Shown: one piece after another, positions 27,838 through 37,255 of the stretch | Numbering within the stretch: the first letter of the stretch is position 1 | How the letters are laid out: the number at the start of each line of letters is the position of its first letter | Source: Minisyncoccota bacterium | GTDB taxonomy: Bacteria > Patescibacteriota > Minisyncoccia > Phycocordibacterales > DATDWN01 | Length of the DNA stretch: 64,000 nucleotides | Direction of reading: 5' to 3' | Assembly: GCA_036517395.1 (NCBI GenBank) | Contig: DATDWN010000010.1 | Coordinates: 33,922-97,921, forward strand | Translations under genes and position numbers: made by a program | The notes under the pieces: generated by a model | Told to the model about the DNA's origin: nothing | Seen by the model: the letters and a program-made list of their open reading frames with translations, nothing else | Database searches by the model: none

Positions 27838-28419
27838 CTAGAACAGCGACCCTGTCTTCACCTCCGCCACGGGTTCCCAGTGTTTTGTCTCCAGCTTGAT
27901 TTCTTTTGTAAAAGGTCCTTCTTTGAACATCAGACGCTTATTTTTCAGTGCGTATTCGTAAACATCTTTTGTTATTTTGACGTCGTCGAGGCAGTATTTG
28001 CGTATCTCGTCTGTTTTTCCAGTTCTCCACCAGACGACGGCGTCAAAGCCATGACCACTTTTGTTTATGCCAAAAGTACCTTCGGCTATCTGGTCCAGTT
28101 TCATCCGCCGACCGTACTGCATTTTTATTTCTTTCAGGACATCAAGCGAACGGATTTTCGTCAAGTCACCTCGACCTGCTTTTTTGTAATATTTGTTTAG
28201 TAGGGGGATGTCAAAATGCTCGCCTGTAAATGTGATCAGGACATCAGCCTTCTCAAAAATTGGCCACATTTGATCAAACTCTTCCTGTAAAAAGCTCTGG
28301 TATTTACCACTCTCATAATCATAAAGACCAACAACAGAAATGTCCAAATCCGCCGGATCATTTGACCCGATGTCTTGGAATATATTTTTTGTTTCAATAT
28401 CGAAAACGAGTTTACGCAT
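27838..28419 (-). CDS. RNase H-like 3'-5' exonuclease (PolB-exonuclease-like/YprB-type)
   Basis: FDIETKNIF (DxE motif) at the N-terminus. Length 193 aa. Confidence 0.55.
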   Translation of the reverse strand: MRKLVFDIETKNIFQDIGSNDPADLDISVVGLYDYESGKYQSFLQEEFDQMWPIFEKADVLITFTGEHFDIPLLNKYYKKAGRGDLTKIRSLDVLKEIKMQYGRRMKLDQIAEGTFGINKSGHGFDAVVWWRTGKTDEIRKYCLDDVKITKDVYEYALKNKRLMFKEGPFTKEIKLETKHWEPVAEVKTGSLF

Positions 28420-28505
28420 GGGAATGAATTGACCTAATTATACTAATTATTTCTAATTAATCTAAATAATAACCAAATACCAAATTAGAAATTAGAACAA
28501 TTAAG
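28420..28505. repeat. AT-rich palindromic intergenic repeat family A, copy 2 (shorter)
   Basis: ctaattatttctaattaatctaaataataaccaaa...aattagaaattagaacaattaagttaattagaaataat. Confidence 0.65.
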
Positions 28506-29789
28506 TTAATTAGAAATAATTTTTACTATTTCTTCTGGTTTCACTGTTTTCTCCTCTCCGCTTTCCATGTTTTTTACTTTATACAAGCCGGACTTTATTT
28601 CATCTTGACCAACACAAATAATGAAAGGAATTCCTTGTTTGTCGGCAAGTTTTATTTGATCACCAAGTTTTTTGTCAGTCAGATTTACTGAAACATTGAG
28701 ACCGTCTTTACGCAAAGTTTCAGCCAGTTTTTGTGCGTAGTCGTTTACAGAAGAATCGAGTGTGCAAATATAAAGATCTGTGGATGATTTGTATTTTGGC
28801 AAAAGGCCGTGGGATTCCAAAAAGTCTTTGTTAGTAACATCACCCCAGCCGAAACCGACGGCTGGTATCTTTTTTGCTCCAAAAATATCCAAAAGGTCGT
28901 CATATCTTCCCCCGCCAAAAAGTGATCGGTTATTTTCTGGACTAGTATCAAACATTTCAAAAACCACACCTGTGTAATAGTCAAAACCGCGCATCAAGGT
29001 TGGACTGAAAATCACATTTTGAATACCAGCCGAGTCTAATTTCTCAATAAGCCCCATCAGTTCATCTGCATTTTTATTATTACCGAGGGACTCTAGTAGT
29101 CTCTCGCTCGAAGACAGCACTCGCGCGAAATCCGAGGCTTTATCACCAATGATTTTCTCTAAACTTTCTTCAAATGTCTCAGCTGATATTTTATCCTTTT
29201 TATCTATGATTTTTGAAACCGTGTGGGCTTGTTCTTCGTTTAGTTCAAACCGTGCATAAAGGTCGTTTATCAGTTTTCTGCTGTTTATTTTTATGACAAA
29301 GTCGCTGTCTTTTGCCCCGAACTCTTTTATTATGTTGTAGGCTATTGTGATAATTTCAGCATCTGCCTCACTATTTTCCACGCCAAATAAATCCACGTTG
29401 AGTTGCCAGTGCTCACGAAGGCGACCTCTCTGTGGTTTCTCGTATCGAAAAAGATTTGGCATTGAGTACCAGCGTAGAGGGAAAGCGAGGTCGTGGACTC
29501 TTCCTGCCACCAGTCTTGCCACCGTTGGTGTCATTTCTGGTCGCAGGGTTACTTCGCGGTTGCCTCGGTCTGTAAATGTGTAAGTCTGTTCGTTTACTAT
29601 TTCTTCACCCGTTTTTGCTTTGTATAGTTCTGCTGGTTCTAGGATTGATGCGCTGTATTCAACATAACCAAATCTCTCGACTACTTTGCGCCAAGTGTTG
29701 AATATATAGTTCTGCACGAACATATCTTCCGGATAAAAATCGCGTACGCCCTTGTAGCTTTCTGTTGATAGTTTGGATTTATTGGTCAT
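28506..29789 (-). CDS. hisS: Histidine--tRNA ligase
   Basis: Class II aaRS motifs. GGGRYDDL motif 3. Confidence 0.9.
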   Translation of the reverse strand: MTNKSKLSTESYKGVRDFYPEDMFVQNYIFNTWRKVVERFGYVEYSASILEPAELYKAKTGEEIVNEQTYTFTDRGNREVTLRPEMTPTVARLVAGRVHDLAFPLRWYSMPNLFRYEKPQRGRLREHWQLNVDLFGVENSEADAEIITIAYNIIKEFGAKDSDFVIKINSRKLINDLYARFELNEEQAHTVSKIIDKKDKISAETFEESLEKIIGDKASDFARVLSSSERLLESLGNNKNADELMGLIEKLDSAGIQNVIFSPTLMRGFDYYTGVVFEMFDTSPENNRSLFGGGRYDDLLDIFGAKKIPAVGFGWGDVTNKDFLESHGLLPKYKSSTDLYICTLDSSVNDYAQKLAETLRKDGLNVSVNLTDKKLGDQIKLADKQGIPFIICVGQDEIKSGLYKVKNMESGEEKTVKPEEIVKIISN

Positions 29790-29817
29790 GTGGGTTATTG
29801 TTAGTTTAGAATCTCTT

Positions 29818-29972
29818 TCTCACCAAAACCTTTTTGGAAACAGAATAAATTTCTGCTGAAATTTTTCTTCAGCGCTCGGAGCTCAAGTAAATTATCAATT
29901 GATTACAATTGTAATTTTCTAAGCTCTTGTGCGATGTTCCAAAAAGATTTTGCCTCGACGAGATTCTAAAGA
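29818..29972. repeat. 155-bp MITE-like repeat family 2, copy R1 (inverted relative to R2), immediately upstream of hisS
   Basis: About 95% identical to the reverse complement of 34058..34210. Internal 17-bp inverted termini caaaacctttttggaa. Contains the 12-bp palindrome ttacaattgtaa. Confidence 0.8.
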
Positions 29973-29999
29973 ACTGTATTTTATAGTGTATCAGAATAT

Positions 30000-30761
30000 A
30001 TGAAAAAAAATAGTGGTCTAAATTTAATCTATAAAAACCTTGGTGAGACGCCAAATGAGGCGATTTTGAGGTATAAAAGAGAAAATCCCGAATACGCCGA
30101 TCTCGCAATGACCTATGCCGGCAGACTGGATCCTATGGCTGAAGGAGTGCTTCTAGTTTTGTCGGGAGACGAAATAAAGGAGAAAGAAAAATATCTTGGT
30201 TTGCGAAAAACCTATGTTTTTGAAATATTGTGGGGATTTTTGACAGACTCTCTGGATTTACTTGGGCTAGTTTCTGGTCATCACTTGGACACTCCGTTTC
30301 CAAGTGATGAGGAAATGAAGACAAGGCTGAAAGAATACATTAGAAAGTTTGAGCAGAAATATCCAGCGTACTCCTCGAAAACTATTGTGGGTGTGCCATT
30401 ATTTAAACTAGCGAGACAAGGGAAGTTGGCGGATATTGAGATTCCAAAACACGAAGTGGAGATTTTTGAAGCCAAGTTTCTATCTCGCTGGTTTGTTTCA
30501 GGTGATGACTTATTAAAAAATATCGAGCATAAAATATCTCTAGTTTCCGGCGACTTTAGGCAATCTGAAATTTTGAAAAAATGGCAAGCAAACTTGTCAA
30601 CCTCACAGGTTGACAAGTTTGTAATAGACCGGATTGAAGTAACGGTTTCAAGCGGGTTTTATGTTAGGCAGTTTGTTTCGGATATAGCTGAATCTTTTGG
30701 AACAAAGGCCGTTACTTTTCATATAAAAAGAACTAGTATTGAAAATTTTTCAATCTTGTGA
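30000..30761 (+). CDS. truB: tRNA pseudouridine synthase (TruB family)
   Basis: YAGRLDPMAEGVLLVLSGDE matches the TruB catalytic Asp motif (GTLDPLATGVL). Confidence 0.7.
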   Translation: MKKNSGLNLIYKNLGETPNEAILRYKRENPEYADLAMTYAGRLDPMAEGVLLVLSGDEIKEKEKYLGLRKTYVFEILWGFLTDSLDLLGLVSGHHLDTPFPSDEEMKTRLKEYIRKFEQKYPAYSSKTIVGVPLFKLARQGKLADIEIPKHEVEIFEAKFLSRWFVSGDDLLKNIEHKISLVSGDFRQSEILKKWQANLSTSQVDKFVIDRIEVTVSSGFYVRQFVSDIAESFGTKAVTFHIKRTSIENFSIL

Positions 30762-30779
30762 TTATATAAAAAGCGGATT

Positions 30780-31210
30780 GTCGCAACCGCGTAGTTTACT
30801 CTGGAGGCCTAATGAGCGTCGTGTTGAAGGATCTCGAAAGGGCTAGTGGCAGGTTCGGTTTGCTTTTTCGGCGGGGGATGGGGCGAATGTGCCTCAGTTT
30901 CCAAGAGGTGGCAAACCGGTCGCGACTCGACAAGAGGTTAGTTGTCGAGGTTGCGGAAGGGCGGGCACACACCATCCGTCACGCCGAGGTGAGACGGATC
31001 ATGGACGTGGCTCTGCCGAAAGACATCGGTAGGATGAGGTCGGAGGCGTTTCATCTCCTCCTCATCTTCACGCCACGTCCACGTCCACGGTTTGTGCGGC
31101 GCATTCACCCCTCCCGTCGGTTTGCGCCTCAGAGGCGCAACTAGTTCCCGCCCAAAGCTTCGAAAAGGCCCCTCACATGCGATTGCAGCATGTGAGGGGC
31201 TCTCCGCTTA
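30780..31210. other. GC-rich (about 58% GC) 430-nt non-coding segment; candidate structured RNA. Ends with strong hairpin cccctcacatgc-gattgca-gcatgtgagggg
   Basis: The only ORF (30812..31144) is Arg-rich and not protein-like. The terminal 12-bp hairpin lies between the convergent truB and typA genes. Confidence 0.3.
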
Positions 31211-31212
31211 AA

Positions 31213-33048
31213 TTATTTTCTGGTCACTTTCTTTCTTAGTCTGACAGATTTCGGAGTAATCTCTATAAACTCGTCATCGGACATCACTTCCATAGCTTTC
31301 TCAATATCCAGTTTATAGGTAGCGGCGAGGTAAACGCTGTCATCTGATCCGGCCGCTCTCATGTTTGTCAGTTGTTTGCCTTTTGTTGGATTTACAAACA
31401 AGTCGTCGCCCTTTGAAACATTGCCTATGACTTGACCAACGTAGACTTCCACTCCTGGGTCAACATACAAAGTCCCTCTCTGTTGCAAGTTATCCAATGC
31501 AAAAGCCAAGACCTTGCCTTTTTCCATTGAAACCATCGAGCCGTAACTCGTCTTTTTTATTTCACCGACAAATTCTCTAAATTCTATAAATCGCGAAGAG
31601 AGAATGCCGTTGCCTTTTGTATCTACTATAAACTGCCCACGATAACCCAGAAGTCCGCGCGTCGGAATCTCAATTACAATTCTTTGATGCCCGTGTGTCT
31701 GCTTTACACTAGTTAAAATTCCACGTCTTTCTGTCAGTCGAGAAATAACAGAACCAGCCAATTCATCGGAGACATCCACAGTTACTTCTTCAAAAGGTTC
31801 CATTTTCACACCATTAACGTTTTCTTTTATAATAACGTGGGGCTGGGAAACCTGGAGTTCAAATCCTTCACGACGCATGTTTTCCAGAAGTATGGCGATG
31901 TGAAGCTCACCACGCCCGTATACAGTATAGCCTTGGATGGCCGGATTTTCATCATTCCACTCAATTTTCAACCCGACGTTTATTTCCAGCTCTTTTTCCA
32001 AGCGTTCACGAATTTGTCGTCCTGTGACAAACTTTCCTTCACGTCCGGCGAAGGGTGAGTCGTTTACCAAAAAGTTCATGGAAATAGTTGGTTCGTCAAT
32101 GTTTATAGATGGCAGGGTTTCCGCATCTTCGCTCTGGCAAATAGTGTCGCCAATATAAATAGTAGGAAGCCCCGCGATCATAACAATATCTCCCGCGGCG
32201 GCCATATCAGTTTCCACTCTTTTTGTACCTTCAAAGCTGAAAAGTTTTGTAAGTTTTCCCCTAAACTCAGGCTTTGCCTGAGTCGGGCGATCATCCGCTT
32301 CTGCGGATGATTTAGCCGAGATACCTTTTTTAACATATACAACATCGCCACTTTTTACGATGCCCTCGTAAACTCTACAGACAGCAAGTCTGCCGAGGAA
32401 GTTATCATATGCGAGGTTGAAAGATTGAAGTCGGGCTGGGAGATTTTTGTCTCCACTTGCTGCGGGCACTTCACGCAGTATTGTTTCAAGAAGGGGAGTT
32501 AAATCTTTTGATTCATCCGACAGTTTCATTTTGGCAATTCCGTCACGCCCGATAGCGTAAACAGTTGTAAAGTCCAGCTGTTCGTCGTTTGCGCCGAGCT
32601 CTAGGAAAAGCTCCAAAACAAGTTCATGCACTTCCTCTGGCCTTGCCGCTGCTTTGTCTATTTTATTTATTATGACGATAGGTTTCAATCCCAGTTCGAG
32701 AGATTTTTTCAAAACAAATCTAGTTTGTGGCATCGGCCCTTCCTGCGCATCGACGAGCAGAAGCACGGTGTCTATCGAACGTAGCACTCGCTCAACCTCG
32801 GAACCAAAGTCTGAGTGTCCAGGGGTATCAACAATATTTATTTTAGTAACTTCGCGACCTGAGTCTCTACTAGGGTAATACACTGATGTGTTTTTGGCGT
32901 ATATGGTAATGCCACGCTCGAGTTCGAGGGCGTTTGAGTCCATGGTGACACCCTCGGCAGTCATGCCTGTTTGGCGCATGAGAGCGTCGGTGAGAGTAGT
33001 CTTACCGTGATCAACGTGGGCTATGATTGCAATGTTTCGTATCTCCAT
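31213..33048 (-). CDS. typA: Translational GTPase TypA/BipA
   Basis: NIAIIAHVDHGKTTL G1 motif. PTISMNFLVNDSPFAGREGKFVTGRQIRERL and YGRGELHIAILLENMRREGFEL are diagnostic of BipA rather than LepA. Confidence 0.9.
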   Translation of the reverse strand: MEIRNIAIIAHVDHGKTTLTDALMRQTGMTAEGVTMDSNALELERGITIYAKNTSVYYPSRDSGREVTKINIVDTPGHSDFGSEVERVLRSIDTVLLLVDAQEGPMPQTRFVLKKSLELGLKPIVIINKIDKAAARPEEVHELVLELFLELGANDEQLDFTTVYAIGRDGIAKMKLSDESKDLTPLLETILREVPAASGDKNLPARLQSFNLAYDNFLGRLAVCRVYEGIVKSGDVVYVKKGISAKSSAEADDRPTQAKPEFRGKLTKLFSFEGTKRVETDMAAAGDIVMIAGLPTIYIGDTICQSEDAETLPSINIDEPTISMNFLVNDSPFAGREGKFVTGRQIRERLEKELEINVGLKIEWNDENPAIQGYTVYGRGELHIAILLENMRREGFELQVSQPHVIIKENVNGVKMEPFEEVTVDVSDELAGSVISRLTERRGILTSVKQTHGHQRIVIEIPTRGLLGYRGQFIVDTKGNGILSSRFIEFREFVGEIKKTSYGSMVSMEKGKVLAFALDNLQQRGTLYVDPGVEVYVGQVIGNVSKGDDLFVNPTKGKQLTNMRAAGSDDSVYLAATYKLDIEKAMEVMSDDEFIEITPKSVRLRKKVTRK

Positions 33049-33422
33049 TTGTTTGATTTGTATATTTGGCGCATTTCGTTGTTGGAAAGCAAAAAATTAT
33101 TCTCACCTGCGCACTCAGGCAGGCTCGAATCCTTTTTCACTTTCCGCCTAGAACTGCATCCAAATCTCCAAATCAAAGGATGCAATTCATTGAAAAACCG
33201 GCTACAGCCGGCGGTCAAGATTTAATTAAAGCATAATTTGTTTAATGATGCAAATTAGGCCTAATTATGGCTAATTTTAGGCCTTATTTTGGTACTTGAC
33301 ACGAGTATACTTGCGGTATACAATATAGGTAGATTCTTCGGGCTCCTCTCCCTACCCCTCAATACGAACTTCTGGAAAGTTAACTGTTCGGCCACGGGCC
33401 GACGCACACTGAGGTAGCAGCC

Positions 33423-33974
33423 ATGCCAACGTATTCGCAGATTCTGCCCTGGGCTCTGGCCTGGGCTCTGGCCTTCTTCGGTTTTCTCATTCTCTTTGGC
33501 ATCATCTTCCAGAAGAAGCACAAAAGTGACATCGACGCGCTGAAAGTCGACATCACGTTGTGGAAGACGAATTCGAAGGAGCTGTCCACGACGCTCGAGA
33601 ATATGAGGAGGGAGGTGAGTGACCTCACCCATGAACGTGACGACCTGAAGCAGTTCGTCAGCGCGTTCGTCTCGGACGAGCATGCCCTCGAGGTCATGGG
33701 TCTCGCCACGGCGCGTATGCACGAGGTCTGCCAGAAGGCCGTCGGCGATCACGGAAAATTTCCCACATACGACCTCGACCCCGACGAGTTTCAACGGCAG
33801 CTCCTCATGGTTGTATCCATCATGGCGTCGGAGGCGGAGGTCGTCGAACGTGCCGCCGATGACTGGCGATCTCTCATGTATCTCGCGATGCATGCGGGTT
33901 ATCCCACGAGGATCGACCCCACGACCCGGAGGGTGGTCATTGACCGCGAGAAGGAGGCGTCGAGCGCGGCGTAG
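33423..33974 (+). CDS. Hypothetical membrane/coiled-coil protein; GC-rich
   Basis: N-terminal TM helix, then a charged coiled-coil-like region. Chosen over the antisense 210-aa ORF. Hairpin terminator gggccgaac..gttcggccc at about 33998..34030. Confidence 0.4.
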   Translation: MPTYSQILPWALAWALAFFGFLILFGIIFQKKHKSDIDALKVDITLWKTNSKELSTTLENMRREVSDLTHERDDLKQFVSAFVSDEHALEVMGLATARMHEVCQKAVGDHGKFPTYDLDPDEFQRQLLMVVSIMASEAEVVERAADDWRSLMYLAMHAGYPTRIDPTTRRVVIDREKEASSAA

Positions 33975-34057
33975 TCGTCGTCGACAGCGTAGTTCTTTAA
34001 GGGCCGAACCGTATGTGTTCGGCCCTTTCGCTTATCTAAATATAATTTTAACCACTA

Positions 34058-34210
34058 AGCCCAATCTCGTCGAGGCAAAACCTTTTTGGAACATCGCGCA
34101 GGAGCTTAGAAAATTACAATTGTAACCAATTGATAATTTACTTGAGTTCCGAGCGTGAAGAAAAATTTCAACAGAAATTTATTCTGTTTCCAAAAAGGTT
34201 TTGGTGAGAA
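34058..34210. repeat. 155-bp MITE-like repeat family 2, copy R2, immediately upstream of the DedA-like gene
   Basis: Matches the reverse complement of R1. Termini caaaacctttttggaac ... gtttccaaaaaggtttt. Confidence 0.8.
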
Positions 34211-34244
34211 AGAGATTGGGCGAATTGTGTGCTAAAATGTCTCA

Positions 34245-34841
34245 ATGTTCCTATCTCCGACACACGCTCTGGCCATTCTCGAGCACTATCACTACTGGCT
34301 TATTTTTCCTATTGCTGTGATTGAAGGTCCGATTATCATAATCATTTCTGGCTTTCTGGTTTCTCTCGGTTTTCTGAACACATATATCGCTTTTGCCGTT
34401 CTCGTTCTTGCTGACACCATAGGCGACTCTTTGTATTATCTTCTCGGCAGGTATTGGAGAAGGGCGGAGTGGGTTAAAAAAATCGCTCTTTTCTTGGGAT
34501 TTAATGAAGACAAGGAAAAATCTCTGGAAAACCATTTCAAAAAGCATAAAATCAAAACTTTTCTTTTGGCCAAAATATCTCACGGTATTGGTGGGTCGGT
34601 TCAGGTGGCGGGCGGTTACGCCGGAGTGGATTATCTGGAATTTCTAGCCCTTACTCTTCTAGGCACCATACCCAAAACTTTTGTCCTCATGATAGTCGGC
34701 TTTTATTTGGGCAACTCATACATGACCATTGATAGCTTTTTGGATTACATCGGCTTTATAGTTTTCAGTATCTTTGTATTTCTCATCCTATATCTGGTTT
34801 TGGGCAAATATGTCAAAAGTTATTTTGCCAAAGGAGAATAG
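34245..34841 (+). CDS. DedA/VTT-family membrane protein
   Basis: Multi-TM protein. IEGPIIIIISGFL resembles the DedA re-entrant motif. Confidence 0.5.
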   Translation: MFLSPTHALAILEHYHYWLIFPIAVIEGPIIIIISGFLVSLGFLNTYIAFAVLVLADTIGDSLYYLLGRYWRRAEWVKKIALFLGFNEDKEKSLENHFKKHKIKTFLLAKISHGIGGSVQVAGGYAGVDYLEFLALTLLGTIPKTFVLMIVGFYLGNSYMTIDSFLDYIGFIVFSIFVFLILYLVLGKYVKSYFAKGE

Positions 34842-35114
34842 TTGACTTATAATATAGAGATGACAGAGACACTACCTCCACTTACACTACCCACCATTCC
34901 ATATATAAATCTACCTTTTCTTTTTAGTCTGCAAATACTCATGGTTATTTTTGTTCTGTTTCTAATAACATATCTTATTGTGTCCGCGGTTTTGTTTTAC
35001 CACTGGACATCATATGGTATGCGCAGTTTTGGTATATTAGTGGCGGAAACGCTGTTTACCATAGTTTCGGTTACGCTTTTTACCGTGGCTGGTTTAGCCC
35101 TGCATTATTTTTAG
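34842..35114 (+). CDS. Small membrane protein (90 aa)
   Basis: Two hydrophobic helices. Confidence 0.3.
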   Translation: MTYNIEMTETLPPLTLPTIPYINLPFLFSLQILMVIFVLFLITYLIVSAVLFYHWTSYGMRSFGILVAETLFTIVSVTLFTVAGLALHYF

Positions 35115-35151
35115 AAATTAGAATAATTAGGTTAATTAGAAATTTAATAAT

Positions 35152-35694
35152 ATGTCCTACGAAGTATTACATCTAGAACCAGAAGAACACGTTATCCTCC
35201 AAGTCAGAAAACATTGGATCGTCTTTGCTCTATACGCCGCGACTCTTCTCCTGGCCGCTTTCCTGCCTTTCATACTGATTTCACTGGCTCGGGTGTTTGT
35301 TCCCGCTTTGCTTGATTTTCATATCACTGGCAATCAACCCGCTTTGTTTTTATTTTTCTATACACTCTGGCTTCTCACCCTCTGGATTTTCTTTTTTATT
35401 GATTGGACCAAATACTATCTCGACGTCTGGTATGTGACGGAGGAGCGCATCATCGCTATTGACCAGAGACGTATATTTGACAGGGAAGTGTCAAACCTGC
35501 GTTTTGACAGAATACAAGACGTCACTCTGGACGTTCACGGCTTTATCCCGACATTACTTGGTTTTGGTAATATAAAAGTTCAGACAGCCAGTGAAGATAG
35601 CCGAGAGTTTTTTATGACTACGGTTAGAAATCCGGAAGAGATAAGACGAGTCATATTTCAGCAACAAAATAAGATGGTGCTTGGAAGCAAGTAA
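35152..35694 (+). CDS. Membrane protein with bacterial PH (bPH_2/YdbT-like) domain
   Basis: Two N-terminal TM helices, then a YLDVWYVTEERIIAI...NLRFDRIQDV pattern. Confidence 0.55.
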   Translation: MSYEVLHLEPEEHVILQVRKHWIVFALYAATLLLAAFLPFILISLARVFVPALLDFHITGNQPALFLFFYTLWLLTLWIFFFIDWTKYYLDVWYVTEERIIAIDQRRIFDREVSNLRFDRIQDVTLDVHGFIPTLLGFGNIKVQTASEDSREFFMTTVRNPEEIRRVIFQQQNKMVLGSK

Positions 35695-35858
35695 AAAGTC
35701 CATAAAGGCAAAAGTCCATAAAGCAAAGTTTGGAATAAATTCTATTCACTTTTGACTTTATAGACTTTGAGGACTTTATGGACCAATCCAAGTAATCCAC
35801 AGATGTGGGTTTATTCTTCTGCCAGTTATTGTTATAATTAATCCGTTATTATTAATTT

Positions 35859-35993
35859 ATCCGCACACTAACCTTGGTATTGTCTCCCTGTTGTGACATA
35901 AAAAGTTAAACAAAAGTTAGAGATATATTTAAATTTGGGATGTATCTCCAGAATCTGAGACTGGAGGCAACGATACCAAAGTTAGTGTGCGGA
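35859..35993. mobile_element. MITE-like element family 1 (CTAAC variant)
   Basis: Ends atccgcacactaaccttggtattgtctccctgttg / caacgataccaaagttagtgtgcgga. Confidence 0.8.
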
Positions 35994-36007
35994 CATGTTT
36001 TTTATAT

Positions 36008-36209
36008 GAAATCATTACATATGGTTACATTTATCCTTCTAATAGTTGGAGGACTAGCATGGGGACTGCACGCTTTTGGTTATGACCCAATAGACAGTCT
36101 TGGTTCATCGGTTTCTATGATTGTCTATGTTCTAGTTGGTCTGTCAGCAATATATGAGGCTATTAGTCACAAGGGCCTGTGTCGCAATTGTTCCAGTAGT
36201 AGTATGTAG
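36008..36209 (+). CDS. DUF378-family small membrane protein
   Basis: LIVGGLAWGLHAFG...YVLVGLSAIYE pattern. The start is chosen downstream of the MITE; the ORF track starts at 35940, inside the MITE. Confidence 0.45.
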
Positions 36210-36258
36210 TTTTAGCTCAGCCTTTCAAAACAAAAGCTCCCTAAGGGGAGTTTTTGTT

Positions 36259-36582
36259 TTACTCAAAGACGAAATTGTTAATGTTTATAGCGTCATGATG
36301 AGCTGTATAAACCACCTTGCCCTTATTCAGTATTAAAACTTGCGGAGATTCATGTTTTATATCAAAAAAATCTTCAATTTTTTTGGATAACACAGGCATC
36401 TCTTGGACCGTGACTAGATAAATTGGGACAATTAGTCTTTTTTCTTCTAACCTTCGTTTAATTTCATCATACACTCGACCACTCCCGTTGCAATCCGCGG
36501 AATGTATGAAAATAATTACCGACTCGGTATGGGAATCTTCCACTATTTGCGACAAATGAGTAGTTAATCGGAAATGACTCAT
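36259..36582 (-). CDS. Thioredoxin-fold protein (YtxJ/DUF2847-like)
   Basis: Single Cys motif (SADCNGSG) in a thioredoxin-like context. Confidence 0.35.
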   Translation of the reverse strand: MSHFRLTTHLSQIVEDSHTESVIIFIHSADCNGSGRVYDEIKRRLEEKRLIVPIYLVTVQEMPVLSKKIEDFFDIKHESPQVLILNKGKVVYTAHHDAININNFVFE

Positions 36583-36587
36583 ATTTT

Positions 36588-37244
36588 TTAGTTCTTTCCT
36601 TGAGATTTTTCTTTGGATTTATTTCTTTGTTCTTTTTCTTCTTGTTTCTCTCCTAGTTTCAGTATTATTTCTTGGTGTTTGTCTAAAAATTGTTTAAGAC
36701 CAGCATTTAATTCTATTGCACTTTTCTCATCACCACTATCTTTTATTTTGGCAACATCTTGTGACACTTCTTTGGTTCGTGTAGAAAAATTCTTCTCAAT
36801 TTCCGGTGCATTATTTTCATCAAGTTTGTTCTGGTCTGACAGCTCCTCCGCTTCCTTTAGCCTTTCGATGGTGTGTTTTATTTTAACTTCGGTTTGTGCT
36901 TTTGCTCCGACTGCGACCAAAGATTCCACTTTTTCATTTAGGTGTATTTTTACTGGATAAAGAATGTCTCCTGGGAGCGATGAGTTCGCAGCAAAAACTG
37001 TTCCCCCTGTAATAAAGATGAAAAGTACAGCAATCCCCGCTGAAACGAACATTTTTTGTCTCATAAAAAACATATTGAAATATGGAGATTTGCTCAGGTA
37101 TGGGCTTTTTATCGGCCGGTTTTTTGTTTCAACATATTCGATTGGGTTGGTTTTTATAAAATTTTCAAGCACAAGAAGACCCTCAGTTTTTTCTTCCTCT
37201 GTAAGCGTCTCTTTTTTTATTTTTTTGAATATTTCTTGGTCCAT
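36588..37244 (-). CDS. Putative anti-sigma factor (single-pass membrane protein downstream of ECF sigma)
   Basis: Position directly after the ECF sigma gene. Cytoplasmic N-terminus, TM helix, extracytoplasmic charged domain. Confidence 0.45.
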   Translation of the reverse strand: MDQEIFKKIKKETLTEEEKTEGLLVLENFIKTNPIEYVETKNRPIKSPYLSKSPYFNMFFMRQKMFVSAGIAVLFIFITGGTVFAANSSLPGDILYPVKIHLNEKVESLVAVGAKAQTEVKIKHTIERLKEAEELSDQNKLDENNAPEIEKNFSTRTKEVSQDVAKIKDSGDEKSAIELNAGLKQFLDKHQEIILKLGEKQEEKEQRNKSKEKSQGKN

Positions 37245-37255
37245 TTTATTTTTGT

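Noticed and set aside
30812-31144. 110-aa ORF in the second GC-rich stretch
   Set aside because: The translation is Arg-rich and repetitive (RPRPRF, RRIHPSRRF), with no start context. More likely non-coding.
30780-31210. tmRNA (ssrA) hypothesis for the GC-rich non-coding stretches
   Set aside because: Both strands of both stretches were inspected. No tRNA-like 3' end (GGTTCGA.TCC ... CCA) and no tag-peptide reading frame ending in ...ALAA-stop. Not supported. The identity of any RNA remains open.
33120-33160. tRNA-like T-arm sequence caggctcgaatcc upstream of typA
   Set aside because: No acceptor, D or anticodon stems can be formed around it. Chance match.
33261-33893. 210-aa minus-strand ORF overlapping the 33423..33974 gene
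   Set aside because: The plus-strand frame has a TM helix and a coiled-coil-like composition, and a terminator follows it. The minus-strand frame is Arg/His-rich and lacks features.
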